64,000 nucleotides of DNA from Paraspadella gotoi (taxonomy: Eukaryota; Animalia; Chaetognatha), in NCBI GenBank assembly GCA_051294375.1, contig JBJCIZ010000744.1:1416262-1480261 (forward strand), read 5' to 3'. A program made the position numbers and the translations under genes. Each line of letters opens with the position of its first letter. The stretch's first letter is position 1. Below are positions 18,429 to 39,887 of this stretch, one piece after another. The notes under the pieces are model-generated. The model saw nothing but the letters and a program-made list of their open reading frames with translations, was not told where the DNA came from and did not search any database.

Positions 18429-21400
18429 AAATAGAAATGATTACACTTGACCCTGGTCAGTATCGAATACGTCTAATGGGTCCTTTTGTCTAGTAATGCA
18501 GAAGGGATAATACTAAAACACAGAATGTTAATAGTACGCAAGTATTAGGCAGGACTGTTCCTTTTTCCTAGCAAATCCCTTGACAATAAACAAATACATT
18601 ATTAAATGTAGTTAAAATTTGTAGTTTTCTACTGTCTATGCGACAGCATTCAACTCCAGAACTGGCCGATTGGCCTCGTTCAGAGCAGAGGGCCTGTTGG
18701 CTGTCTCCAGGGCGAAGGGCCTGACGGCCACGTCCTTTCCCTGGAAGATTCACGAAGTGGCTGGTCCTCACTGAAGGTCCACTGACTCCAGGGTCGAGTC
18801 CTGCAGCAATTTCCATCCCTACCTCCGGTCGTTGTTTTTGCGATAGTACACTAACGCCTGTTTCTGAAACATTCATACGAACTTTTAGAAAAAAGTTTGA
18901 GAAACGGTTTCCATAGAGGAAATGTGAGTTTTTACATTCTCATCTGATCTTTTGATGATGTCGTCGAAAAGGTCATTTTTTTCTGCGATGTTTAGGATTC
19001 TCTTCAGTACAGAAGCAAAAGAGGTTTCAAAGAGGTTGGTAGAGTTGCTTGCATCGAGGACTAGGAGATTGGGAGTATGGATTGCTAAGTTCAATAGTAG
19101 TTTAATTGCTTGGATGTGAAGCTTATCGACTTTGTCCCATTGTTGTTGATGATCCATGTAATGCTAGAATATTGAAAAAAGGGAAACTGTAAGAGATTTG
19201 TAAATTGAGAGAGAGAGAAAGAAAGAGAAACCAACCAACCAACCATTTGAATTACAAAGAATAGAATTTAGCAATATGGAGGGAAAAAAATGCGTGAGGT
19301 TCGTGATGGAATAAAAAATACGTAAAGAGTGATGAAGTCCTTAAACCACCAAAAAAAAAGCCTGTCCAAAAGTCTGTAAAAAGTCTATAATATTTATTAA
19401 ATGAATAAACTATATCCCAGGTCCTTTTTCGTGGAAGAATTTTGGACTCTCTTGGTTCATCGATTCTGTTTCATCGACTCTCGCCTTCGGATCGCTCTTT
19501 CCTCGGAATCCAACCTCAAAGGCGTCGCCGCTTATCAGTTTTGCCAGAATCTTATTTCCGCACGGAAACGTATTTCCTCGGGGTTCGTGGAATTCTCAAA
19601 GTTGCCCAAGAGGAGCAGGTGAGGTCATTGGGGGGAAGGGGGTAAATTAGTTTCTCTTATTTTGACATTGATAATGATGATAATGAGAATAACAATAATA
19701 ATCAGATTGCCTGCTAGTTGCGAATTAACTTAAATCCCTTTTACAGATGGTGTCTCTTCGATCCTGAGTCGAGGAAGATCATCCAAGTGACCAAAGACTC
19801 TGAGTGGAGCGCCGTCGTCAGATTCAAGGCGCTCGAGACGAACGATGATGATGATGATTCGATTCGCGTCGTTCACGAATTTAGCGTCAGTTTTCCGCAG
19901 CATACCAGCAGGTTTGGGGAAGAGCGGGGAGGTATTATTTTGTGCGCGTCCTTGTTTTTGTTTATATTATTAATATTAATATTATTAAATGTTATCGGGG
20001 TGTCTCTCTCTCTCTCTCAAACTTTTTTTAACTCATCCCTCAGAAACTCGTGTGAGAGTAAATCCCAAGCTCAATTATATCATTGTGAAAACGTTTACAT
20101 TAAATCAATATTAAAAAAAAATATAATTAATATTTACTGAAACCAAACTATCTTTAACTTAAGAGAGGACGTTCTGTGGGTGAGCCTCTACGGCGACTTC
20201 GCCTTTATCGTCGCCAAACCTTTTCACTTGATCGTCTTCTCTCTTCTTCGTGATCACGTGATCGGATGCTTCTCCTTCAGACGATTCACCGTCGTCTCCG
20301 CGACGCTCACTTTTCAAGGTAAGGAACCCACCGACCAATTTTTCGAATTAAATTACCCTCGTTGTGATTAATGTAAATTTTTTTAAAAAATATATATTTA
20401 AACTTTTTTTTGGTTTTTCAAAATTTCAATGTTTTGTCCGTGAAAATTCATAAAAATTTGTACAATGAATCAATGATGGAGATATTTTTTTTTGATCCAC
20501 CCACGTAACATGAAAATATTAATAAAAAAAAAAATAATCGGTGAATAGTGAGTTAATATTAAAAACGAATTACTCGGGTAATTTTCATTCATTGAAAGTT
20601 TTTTTTTTCGGATTTGCATACGTACGTACATAAAGTTTCATTAAACAAGGTTATAATCTTTTGACCCTCGCCCCTTTTCACTAATATATCATAATATTGT
20701 TCTATAATGAAAAAGGCGGGTTGGCTACCCTCGTCTCCACCGTGGTCAACCACGAATCCGAATTCCGCTCCGTGTCTCACTTGGACGTCTCCGACCCGCG
20801 ATGCGTCCTCCATCTCTCATCCTATTTGTGCAAAGACGACGAAAAGGTTTTCACCCTGGATTTCTTTGATCGGTTCGTGAGTGGGGCCAGGGGGGGGGGC
20901 GGGAGAGGGGGTAGACTCCCTCCGCAAAGCCGAGGGGCCTGAGGCTCTTAGTGGGGGCCCCGGGAAAAACTCACAAGGCTACAAACAACCTTGTGTTGTA
21001 TAGATGCTCCCTCTATTTCCTAAAAATAAACATAAAAAAACTTTAACAAACAAACAAACAAGATCGGTAAATATAATGTGTTGCGCCGCAGTGACTTTCT
21101 TAGCCCTTATGACACGCACTGCATCGGAATTCCATCTTTTATTCTTTATAGTTTTAGGATTTCCTGAAGTCGGCGCAAGCAAACTATAAGCGAGTTATGA
21201 GCATTTTTAACGTAAGTGGGACAGACCGACGGACAGACATACCGACCGACCGAGCGACAGACTGACCGAGTTGCTCCGCGAGTACTCTTTAATTATGACA
21301 CCTTCAGTCGTCACTCGATGGCTCATTGATTTAAAGCCATCAGCTCCTGACCAAGTAGGCACCGGGATCGATCCCCAATGGTACCTCCCCTAAGGGTAGC

Positions 21401-22247
21401 GTGAGGACAGGCTTGAAAAACCCCGTCCCAAATCTTGTTTCATTGCTGGCGAGTGGCGAGGGTTGGCAAAGATATTACGTACAGTAATCTTCATCCCACT
21501 TGGCGTCTAATCACACAGGTTGTTCTTGAAGGACGGTTCCATTTTCGCCTCCTTCGGCGGAACCCACCCGACCAAGCTCAACGGATTCGGCGCCGACGCC
21601 GGTGATCTCCGAATCGTTGGCCTCCGCCTCCGCGTGGCCTACGTGTGGCGCGAAACTCACCTCGACGTCGTCGCCGTCGACTGCTTGGGGACGCGAAAGG
21701 GTAGGGTCTCCTTACCTTACTCCCCTCGGCCCTTTTTCATCACTTCGGGGAATCTGCTCTTGGGATTTTCCGATTCGACGAGCGGATTCGTGGTGGATTT
21801 GAAGAGGCATCTCCAGTGGAGCCGGACGGCGGAGGAGGCCGAGCGGCTGCTCGCTTCTTCCAGCCATTTGGGTAAATATGTCTTGTACGAAATTAAAATT
21901 CTAACAAGCAACTTTTGTTTTACTTTCGCGTATAAAAAATAATTTTTTTACCAAAAAAATGTTCATGTTTAGAGCTGTTGTTTTTTTTTTTTAAACGGAG
22001 TTTAACAAAAAATATAATTACAAATTTTTCTAAATTTTAACTTTTTCTCAGTCAAAAGTTAGTTATATTAATATTTATAAATAAATATTGAAAATAAATT
22101 TTAGGTTCCGATTGGTCGAATGCGATGATGACGATCGGGTCGGAATTCGTCGTCAACTCTCTTTGGTTTTACGGAGATCAATTCGTGGTGGATAAAAATA
22201 AGGCGGCTCCGTTCTATCGATGCTTCGTCGGCCGAACCTTAAATTAG
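17674..22247 (+). CDS. BTB/POZ-domain protein, paralogue of 11571-13379; exons 17674-18281, 19421-19618, 19747-19911, 20164-20318, 20716-20872, 21519-21871, 22105-22247
   Basis: BTB motif DVTLRGSDGVTVHAHRFILRRRSEYFDGMF. Successive exons are collinear with paralogue 1 (FIDSRLRIALS, CLFDPESRK, VSLYGDFAF, GGLATL, LDFFDRL, FYGDQFVV). All junctions are GT-AG and in phase. Confidence 0.8.
21303..21490 (+). mobile_element. tRNA-derived SINE-like element
   Basis: A-box-like TGGCTCATTGA and B-box-like GGATCGATCCC. The head TTCAGTCGTSACYCGRTGG and the segment CAATGSTACCT...AGCGTGAGG are shared with 24568-24920. Confidence 0.5.
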
Positions 22248-22661
22248 TTGTTCTTGTTCTTTTATTTACCTTGACCCTGGTGAAGCCTTGTGTATTTCAA
22301 TTTCTTGACTTTATTGATCATCTGATCTGTGTTGTTTTAAAATTAGTCGCATTTTTTCCCCCCCAACGTATCGGCTCACCGTTGTTGCCTTTTTTTTATA
22401 TGCATTTTCTTTTACCGAGTTTGTTCCTTTTCGTTATTTTTAAGCCGATCGTTGCTTTTTCATTTTTTTTTTCCTTACCCAAAATGTCCGAATTATTTTT
22501 TTGTAAGACATTTTTTGCGCTTCCCTTTGATCCAATCAATTTGAAAAAAAAAATTTCTTTCCCTCAGATTTGTTCTTTTTTTTACCATTTTTCTCTTTTC
22601 CAAAGTCACGTGATACAAAAATTAAAAAAACCCCAAAAGAAAAACGAAACAAAAAAAAACA

Positions 22662-25374
22662 ATGGGAAAGAAACAGCATCAGAGCGACAAACTCTACTTG
22701 ACGTCGACAGAGTGGTCGACGCTCTACGGCGGGAAGAAGGTCGTCAAACAGGACGCGGATCAGGCAGAGTTTAGGCGACTTCCCTTTGACGCCTGCAGCC
22801 TCAGTTTGCAAGTAACGAATTCTTTCGTTTATTGGTTCGTGGGGGGGGGGGCAGTTGATGGTTGGATTGGACGTTTATCTCTGAAATTGATTCTAGCAAT
22901 TTAAAAATTATCCATTCTTCTGTAAATAAGTTATTTGTTGTTTGTTTGACGTCTTATCTCTCTTACTAAAATAATAACAGCACCCTATTAGTTTTTCTTT
23001 CTCTCTCTCTCTNNNNNNNNNNCTCTCTCTCTCTCTCTCAATGAAGGGATATACAACGTTTTTCAGTTGTACAACTGCATAGTAAATAGTATAAATTTCC
23101 CTACCCCTTCCATATCCCCTTCCCACGTCCAGCCCGTCGAGAACCCCCTCTGCACCGAGGACGGGATCGTCTTCGACTTGATGAACATCGTCCCCTTCCT
23201 CAAAAAATACGGGAGGAATCCGGTGACGGGGGAGAAGCTCGAAGCCAAGTCGCTCGTCCGACTCAACTTTCACAAGAACTCGTCGGGGAAATATCACTGC
23301 CCCGTCATGTTCACGGTCTTTAACAAGAACAGTCACATTGTCGCCGTGAAGCCGACGGGCAACGTGTTTTCGTGGGAGGCCGTCGAGGAGTTGAACGTCA
23401 AGGTTTCTTTTGGGGGGGGGTGAGGTTGGGGGGTGGGGGCGAGTATGAGTTGTTTTGAAGGAGATGGTTGGGTTGTATACTTGATAATGATTCTCCTCGC
23501 AAGAGTCGAAAGAGTTATGGGTTTTTAATCTATCAACGTGGTCCCCGTCTTGTCTTCGTAGTATTTTCAAGTAAAAGAAAAGAAAATATTATAAAAGTCA
23601 TCTATTAATCACTTAATCTCCAATCTCCCGAGTCAATCGAATCAATTCGCCCAATAATCCTCTCGCCCCTTCTCCCTTCCCTTCTCCCTCTCTCCCCTTC
23701 TCCCTCCCCTTCTCCCTCCCTCCCCCCACTCGCCCATTTTTTTTTCCTCCTCAAGAACAAAAACTGGAAGGACCTCCTGACCGACGAACCCTTCGCGCGT
23801 CAAGACCTCATCGTCATCCAAGATCCGCGAAACTTGGACAAGTTCAACATCTCCAAGTTCGTGTACTTGAAGAAAGACTGGAAGGTCGGGGAAGAGGAGA
23901 AGGTCGACGCCAAATACTTTTTGAAAAAAGTCAACGCGGAGACTGAAGACGTTTTGGCCGAACTGGAAAAGTCTTACGTCGGTGAGGGGGGTAGAGAGAG
24001 AGAGATAGATATGTTTTTAATTCGCCTCAACTCGTTTGTTTATTAAAACCGTTGGCTCTTATCCGTGCCCCAGTCAAAATATCTGCGTTAACTACAATGT
24101 CTTTTTCTCAGTGAGACATTTTCTTATTTACTAAGGCTCACACGACCGACCACTGTTTCAACAACCTATCCCACGACACCCCCACTTTTACCCACCCCTC
24201 CTTATTTTCACCTCTTTTTAAACCCACACACCTCTCCCCCCCCCACAAGCCCCCAAACCCAAGAAGAAGGAAGAGAAACGCGCCGACCACATCAACGCCG
24301 CCCACTACTCGACCGGGCGCCGTCGCCGCCTCCTTCACCGCCACGGGGATGGAGAGGGTGACGTCGCACGAAGCCGCCATCATCGATGAAGATGAGATCA
24401 GGTTTTTGGAGGAGAGGTGGAGGGAATGTGGGGTGGTAGTTGAGGGGGGAGGTAAAGTAGTCGGGCATTGCAACAAGTTCATCCCCCGCCCAATAAGCCT
24501 TGAAATTAACTCGCGGTCATTAAATTACATTTGACTAAAAAAATTCCATCCTCCACTCCTGACACATTCAGTCGTGACCCGGTGGATTATTGAGGAATGC
24601 CATCGGCTTATAACCATTAGGGTCCATTAGGGTACCGGAATCTATCCTCAATGCTACCTAGCCTGCGGGAAGCGTGAGGTCGGCCTTGGGGGGGGGGCCT
24701 CGAAAACCCTCAAGTCGGGTTTCAAGCCCAGGACCCGTTCCATGCTTGAGTGGATTCAAGACGATGCCGATAGCACTCTTCAGCCCACCTAGCGCCACAG
24801 TGGTACTCGTTGGCGTGAAAACCATTTTCGGATGGTAGAATGTCCATTCTTCGCCCGACTGTCGACGGGTCTGTCTAGTGTCCATTCGTTTAGTGTCCGG
24901 GGAAATGCAAGATCCTTTAATTTAACCAAATCTTATTCAACCCTTCCCCTCTTCCTCCCTCTCCCCCTTCCTCCCTCTCCCCCCTTCCTCCCTCTCCCCT
25001 CTTCCTCCCTCTTCCCTCTCCCTCCAGATACAAGAGAATAAAGAAAAAAGGCTACGTCCGGATCGCGACCAACAAGGGTCCCCTCAACTTGGAGCTCCAC
25101 TGCGACGTCGTCCCCAAAACTTGCGAGAATTTCGTCAAATTAGCGCAGAAGGAATATTATAACGATACCGTCTTCCATCGATCCATCAAGAATTTTATGA
25201 TTCAAGGTGTGCGGTGTCTGATGTCTATTGAGGAGGGAAATTACTCTCTCGCTCTCTGTCTCGCTTTTTTTTTTTTTTTTTTTTTTGTTAACGTCTCGAT
25301 CGCTCTGTCTGACCCTTTGTACTCGTTTATTAAATTTCTCTCTTTTTTCTCTTTTTTTTTTTCTTTGTATATTT

Positions 25375-25414
<40 letters not shown>

Positions 25415-26801
25415 AGCCACAAGTTGAAACAAACGGCCTTTCTCTCTCTCCTTCTCAGGCGGCGACCCGACCGGAACTGGCAAAGGCGGGGAATCCTACT
25501 GGGGTCCGCCCTTCAAGGACGAGTTCAAGTCCAACCTGACCCACACTGGTCGAGGTGTTCTCTCCATGGCCAACTCTGGGCCAGATTCCAACAAGAGTCA
25601 ATTCTTCATCACATTTCGATCCTGTCGGTGAGCAATAGGGGGGGGGGCATCGGCCCTTATAATCTCCCTCTAACAAGGGCGGGGGAAAGAGAGGGGCTCT
25701 GAGTTATCGTGTATTGATTTCATAATGATTTATTGAGTTTTAAATTATTGATTAATTTTCTATAGTTTCTTTTAAGTTTAGACGAGAAATAGACGAGGTA
25801 AATAATTATTTATTTACAACAACGGAGATAATTATAAATAAAAATTGTAAATAAATAATTATTTATCTTATTTCTTGATTAATATTGAATCATCGCCGGT
25901 TTGCCTCTCTTGGCTTTTCCGTCTTTTCTGATTAACCAATCAAATAGGAGGCTTCTCTCACGAAAGAGTATTTGTTTACTGTCTGTTTATTCTGCGCAAT
26001 CTTCGTCAATATTGATTATTAACAATAATGTAAGGAAACTAAATTATTATGATTATGATTATTAACAATAATGTAAGGAAGCTAAATGGTCCTTAAATAA
26101 CAATATACTTTGCTTAACTAATATTCTTATTTAATAAACCAAATAACCTACTTGTTAAACAAGAGATGCTAACTTGCTGTGGCAGAATACTCTCATGCTT
26201 GTAGCATATAGCTAGCTAAATTTATGACAATACGACAATATGCAAATGAGATTGATGAACTCAATCTCATTCTCGGTTGCAACAAAAAGATCCCTTCCTT
26301 ATAAAAACTCCTTCAATTTCATGACTGAAATGTTTTTCTCCGCCCCCCCTCCCCCCCCCAAGCCACCTCGACATGAAGCACACCGTCTTCGGTCGCCTCG
26401 TCGGCGGCATGGAGACCCTCAACGCCCTCGAGGCCGTCCACTCCGACCCCAAGACCGACCGACCGTCGGAGGAACTCAAGATCGAATCCGTCGTCGTCTT
26501 CGTCGATCCCTTCGCTCGAGTGGACGAGGAGTTGCGGGCGGAGAGAGAGGCCGTCGCGGAGAAGGAGAGGACGGAGGCGGAGGAGAAGAGGAAGGAGGAG
26601 TTGAGAGGAAGAAGAGGAGGCGGAGGAAGAGAGGGAGGAAAGGCTTTTAGATCGGGAGTCGGGAAATACATTTCGCAGACGAGGTTGTTGGGGAATAAGA
26701 GGGCGGAGGGTGGAGGAGGAGAGGAGGAAGAGGAGGTTGCGAGGAAGAAGAAGATGAAAGTCTTGGGAAAAGGGACCTTCGGGGATTTCGGGTCGTGGTG
26801 A
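22662..26801 (+). CDS. PPIL2: RING/U-box cyclophilin PPIL2 (Cyp60); 7 exons starting 22662, 23133, 23756, 24250, 25028, 25459, 26363
   Basis: [91 protein letters not shown]. One apparent 1-nt insertion near 24315 is probably a sequence error. Confidence 0.95.
24568..24920 (+). mobile_element. SINE-like element with several hairpins in PPIL2 intron 4
   Basis: Head homologous to the 21303 element. Hairpins include CTTGAG/TTCAAG, ACCAT/ATGGT and CCCG/CGGG. Confidence 0.45.
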
Positions 26802-27353
26802 TACATCTTTTTTTTTTGTATATTTATTGTTGATTTTCTTTTGTGAATCGTTCTTCATTTTGTGTCCATATCTTTTTTATTACTGCTCCTGAATTGACGA
26901 GGAAGATGATGATAATTGAGGATAATTGTGGATTAAAAACAATTGTTTAAAGTTACCATGGAAATGGTCCATAAACTTGGGAATTTGATGTTAGTTTCTT
27001 GTTAGTTTCTCGTCGTTTCTCTCGTCGGTTCCGCGAAGGAAGCCTCTTATCTGATTGGTCAAGAGAGGAGCCTCCTCTCCGATTGGTCGACAGAGAAGAT
27101 AGATAGAAGATGAGATGGTTGATTTACTTAATATAATAGTTTTATTACTTAATACCTAATAGTACTTCAAACGTATTTGTCCGCGATTCTTGTTCCGTAA
27201 TTTTGTTCTATTCAAATTCAAGCCACGAGTCCAATAAAAAAAAAGTCGAAAAATCACATTGAGAAATGAAACGAAACTGTTAGTTAGAAAGTGAAGGATT
27301 GTATTTGTATCGAAAGATCCTCCTTTCCTTACCCATTCGTCAACTCGCCCTCC

Positions 27354-28613
27354 ATGACGGTCCTCATCCCCCGCTGGTATATGGATCTATCCAGAAAGCC
27401 TTCCCACGCTGGTCGACGATGCTGTCGGTCGAAGTCGCTCAAGCGCCTCTCTTTGTTATTTTTCGCGGTTTTTACGTGGAACGTCGTCACGTTATACTTT
27501 GAAGCGACGAAGTTGGCCAAGACCGAACGACTCCACACGAATCGATCGCGGAAGGCCCTCGGCCATTCCAGTTGGTCGTCGGAGCCGGTGATCCCTGTTC
27601 TCGTCATCGCCTGCGACCGTCCCTCCGTCCGCCGGAATCTCGATCAACTTCTTAAACTTCGTCCCTCTAAACAACAGTTCCCCATCATCGTTTCTCAAGA
27701 CTGCGGCGACGCGGAGACGGCGAATGTCATTCGATCTTACGGCGATCAACTCGTTCATCTCCAGCAGCCCGACGCGTCCGACATCGAGCTCTCGCCCAAA
27801 ATGAAATTCTTCGTTGGATACTACAAGATCGCCAGGCACTACCGGTGGGCGCTCAATCAGGTCTTCAAAACATTTAACTACGAGATTGTGATAATCGTGG
27901 AGGACGATCTGGACGTGTCGCCCGACTTTTTCGAGTATTTCCTGGGACTCTATTCGGTGCTGATCTCCGATCCGACGCTCTGGTGTATCTCCGCCTGGAA
28001 CGATAATGGAAAGGAGAAGCGCGTTGGCCCCGAATCGGGCTTGCTCCATCGGACCGACTTCTTCCCGGGGCTGGGGTGGATGATGCAGAAAAAGATCTGG
28101 CTAGAGTTAGAGCCCTCTTGGCCGCGGACCTTCTGGGACGACTGGATGCGTCAGCCGTCGCAGCGCCGCAACAGGAGCTGCATTCGGCCTGAGATTTCGC
28201 GGACGAGGACTTTCGGGAAGAAGGGAGTCTCCAACGGGCTCTTCTTCGAGCAGCATCTCAAATATATCAAACTCAACGATCGGTTCGTCCCTTTCACCAA
28301 GCGCGACCTCTCCTATCTCAAGAAGGAGAGGTACGACGAGGCCTTCGTCAAAGACGTCTACGGATCCCCGCTGTTTACCGTGGATCAGGTCACAGGGGAT
28401 CACAGGCCCGAAGTCAACAAGGTCCGCGTCGAGTGCGCCTCCGAGGAAGGCTTCGTCGAGGCGGCCAAGCAGTTGGGCGTCATGGAGGATGTTAAGTTCG
28501 GAGTGCCGAGGACGGCATACCGCGGAGTCGTTTCTTTTTATTATTTTGGGAGACGTCGAGTCTTTCTCGCGCCTCCACCCGATTGGAGAGGTTACAACGC
28601 CTCGTGGCATTGA
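27354..28613 (+). CDS. MGAT1: Alpha-1,3-mannosyl-glycoprotein beta-1,2-N-acetylglucosaminyltransferase I (GT13), intronless
   Basis: N-terminal TM segment, then PVLVIACDR, FPIIVSQDC, GYYKIARHY, IVEDDL, SAWNDNG, RTDFFPGLGW, FWDDWMR, GVPRTAYRG. The start could be 27354 or 27381. Confidence 0.95.
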   Translation: MTVLIPRWYMDLSRKPSHAGRRCCRSKSLKRLSLLFFAVFTWNVVTLYFEATKLAKTERLHTNRSRKALGHSSWSSEPVIPVLVIACDRPSVRRNLDQLLKLRPSKQQFPIIVSQDCGDAETANVIRSYGDQLVHLQQPDASDIELSPKMKFFVGYYKIARHYRWALNQVFKTFNYEIVIIVEDDLDVSPDFFEYFLGLYSVLISDPTLWCISAWNDNGKEKRVGPESGLLHRTDFFPGLGWMMQKKIWLELEPSWPRTFWDDWMRQPSQRRNRSCIRPEISRTRTFGKKGVSNGLFFEQHLKYIKLNDRFVPFTKRDLSYLKKERYDEAFVKDVYGSPLFTVDQVTGDHRPEVNKVRVECASEEGFVEAAKQLGVMEDVKFGVPRTAYRGVVSFYYFGRRRVFLAPPPDWRGYNASWH

Positions 28614-28859
28614 TTGTGATTTAATTGATAATTAAGTTAATTATATTCTTGTAGATAAAAAGCCTTATTTATTTTTAATAATTACAAAACTTTTTTAAGA
28701 AGACGCCTAAAATTATATTTATAAAAATGTTGCAATATGCGAAGCAATCTTCTAAAAAGCCCTTTTTTTTTAAGGTTAAGGAGTAAATTATTGATGGCTG
28801 TGTTTGTAGGGCATAAACTTTTGTTGAACGTTTTATAATCAATTAAAACTTTTCATTTG

Positions 28860-28965
28860 CGATTCGAGTTTTGAGACGTTTCGAGGCGCCCTCCGTTGCG
28901 CCTTCATCTTCGCCGGCGACTATTTCGGCATCAAGGAGCTCGTCGACATCTCGAATCCGCCCTTT
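28860..28965 (+). pseudogene. Short relic of a third BTB-family gene
   Basis: GCCGGCGACTATTTCGGCATCAAGGAGCTCGTCGACATC encodes AGDYFGIKELVDI, matching AGDYFESQELVEY and AADYFRIKRLVDL in the two BTB genes. There is no intact ORF. Confidence 0.55.
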
Positions 28966-29403
28966 GGATCATCTCGCTGATAAAGGCTTTCTAAATCCAG
29001 ACGGTTCAAAGAGTCTCGATTGAAAGTGGATTAAAAGGATTCTGTGAATCGCCAAGTGGATATTTTTATTTTGTGCTTTCCCACGGTTTCATATTTTTTT
29101 CATTTTTTTTCATATTTCTACTGTGTCTTTAAAAAAAAAAAAGTGATACACAGTAAATTTAATTAGTGGATACTATATTTACCCTTCTTCCAACGTTTCT
29201 TTATTTTCATTTCAGATTTAACATTAATTAATACGCGAAACCATCATTTACCACATTCGCACAACGTCGGCAGCCACGCTCTCGTTCAGAACTAAAACTG
29301 ATTGGTCCAATTGGTCTCCGTATAATTGTTATATATCGCGCTCGCGTCCTGCGTCGTGATTCGTTTAAATTTATCGTGTCATCAAGTAAAAAGTCAGTTT
29401 TCA

Positions 29404-29991
29404 ATGATGAGAACGCCATCTGCGCCCTTAACGACGAGATCTTCGAAAAAAGCTACGCCAACGACGAACAAATGGCTCATCGACTTCACCGGCCGCAGCG
29501 GGGCTCGAAGCGCCGGCCTCGGCGATCGTCATGTCAGTCAATGCGCTCAGTTCGATCTCGCCTCGCCGCCGGGATTCAGCCATGACAAGCTGGCACCCGA
29601 TGTCGCCGCAAAGGAACAAGATCAGAAGCTCGTGGTCAAGAGGTCGTGGGACGTCGCCCTGGGACCTTTGAAACAGGTCCCCATGAACATGTTCATCATG
29701 TGGATGTCCGGAAACTCCATCTCCATCTTTCCGATCATGATGGTTGGCATGATGTTTGTCCGGCCAATCCAGGCTCTTTTTTCCGCTGGCCAAGCGTTTA
29801 AAGCTATCGAGGGCGGTCAAGCTCCTTTGCAGAAGATGGTCTACTTGCTTGGTCACTTGGCCTGCGTCGCGTTAGCGTTGTACAAATGCTCGGCAATGGG
29901 TCTACTGCCGACGCATTCTAGCGACTGGCTCGCGTTTGTTCAGCCGCAAAAACAGTTTGAGTTTTCGTCCGGCGGATATGCGTTCTTGTGA
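29404..29991 (+). CDS. EMC4: ER membrane protein complex subunit 4, intronless
   Basis: KRSWDVALGPLKQVPMNMFIMWMSGNSISIFPIMMVGM...YKCSAMGLLPTHSSDWLAF. Confidence 0.95.
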   Translation: MMRTPSAPLTTRSSKKATPTTNKWLIDFTGRSGARSAGLGDRHVSQCAQFDLASPPGFSHDKLAPDVAAKEQDQKLVVKRSWDVALGPLKQVPMNMFIMWMSGNSISIFPIMMVGMMFVRPIQALFSAGQAFKAIEGGQAPLQKMVYLLGHLACVALALYKCSAMGLLPTHSSDWLAFVQPQKQFEFSSGGYAFL

Positions 29992-30596
29992 CTCCTTCTT
30001 AAAAGTATATGATTGTATTTAGTTGATGCATTGAAATCATTGATGTGATGCGGGAACCAATATATTGCAGTAAAATCACTGATATTTTTGAAAATTGTTA
30101 AATTTCTTATCGGAACCTATAAAAAAAGAAATTTATGTCATAAGAAATTGTCTTTTTATTCAATTTTTGTTTTAAATCAATTTTATTTTTTAGTTTTTTA
30201 TTAGGAGCTTCAAATTTAAAAATTTTATATATTTATAAAGGATCATGTTTGTTTTTCTTTTGATTTTCTTTGTATTTGGTAAGAATGAAAGAGCCATTAA
30301 AAAAAAACCCTTCATTTCAAATGAGATTTGAGTTCCTCAATCTTATTTACATATTGTCGCAGTTTACTGTAGATTATTTCTCATATCTTTAGACTCGGTT
30401 TTCTTAAAAGTTTTATCTATTTTAGGGACATTATTAATAAGGATTAATAACGATTTAGTTTTCCAAATAATATTTAGATATTTCATCTTTACAAACATCT
30501 TACATCTTTGACTCTGCCACTCGCAAAAATATCGACCAAGAGACTTTGAACAATCAGACACCGATTCCCTCTTCTCTCAATCGCGTCGGTTCGACG

Positions 30597-39862
<9,266 letters not shown>

Positions 39863-39887
39863 NNNNNNNNNNNNNNNNNNNNNNNNN

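Noticed and set aside
24716-24735. GGGTTTCAAGCCC hairpin resembling twister P4/L4
   Set aside because: No matching P2, UAA cleavage loop or T1 partner could be placed around it.
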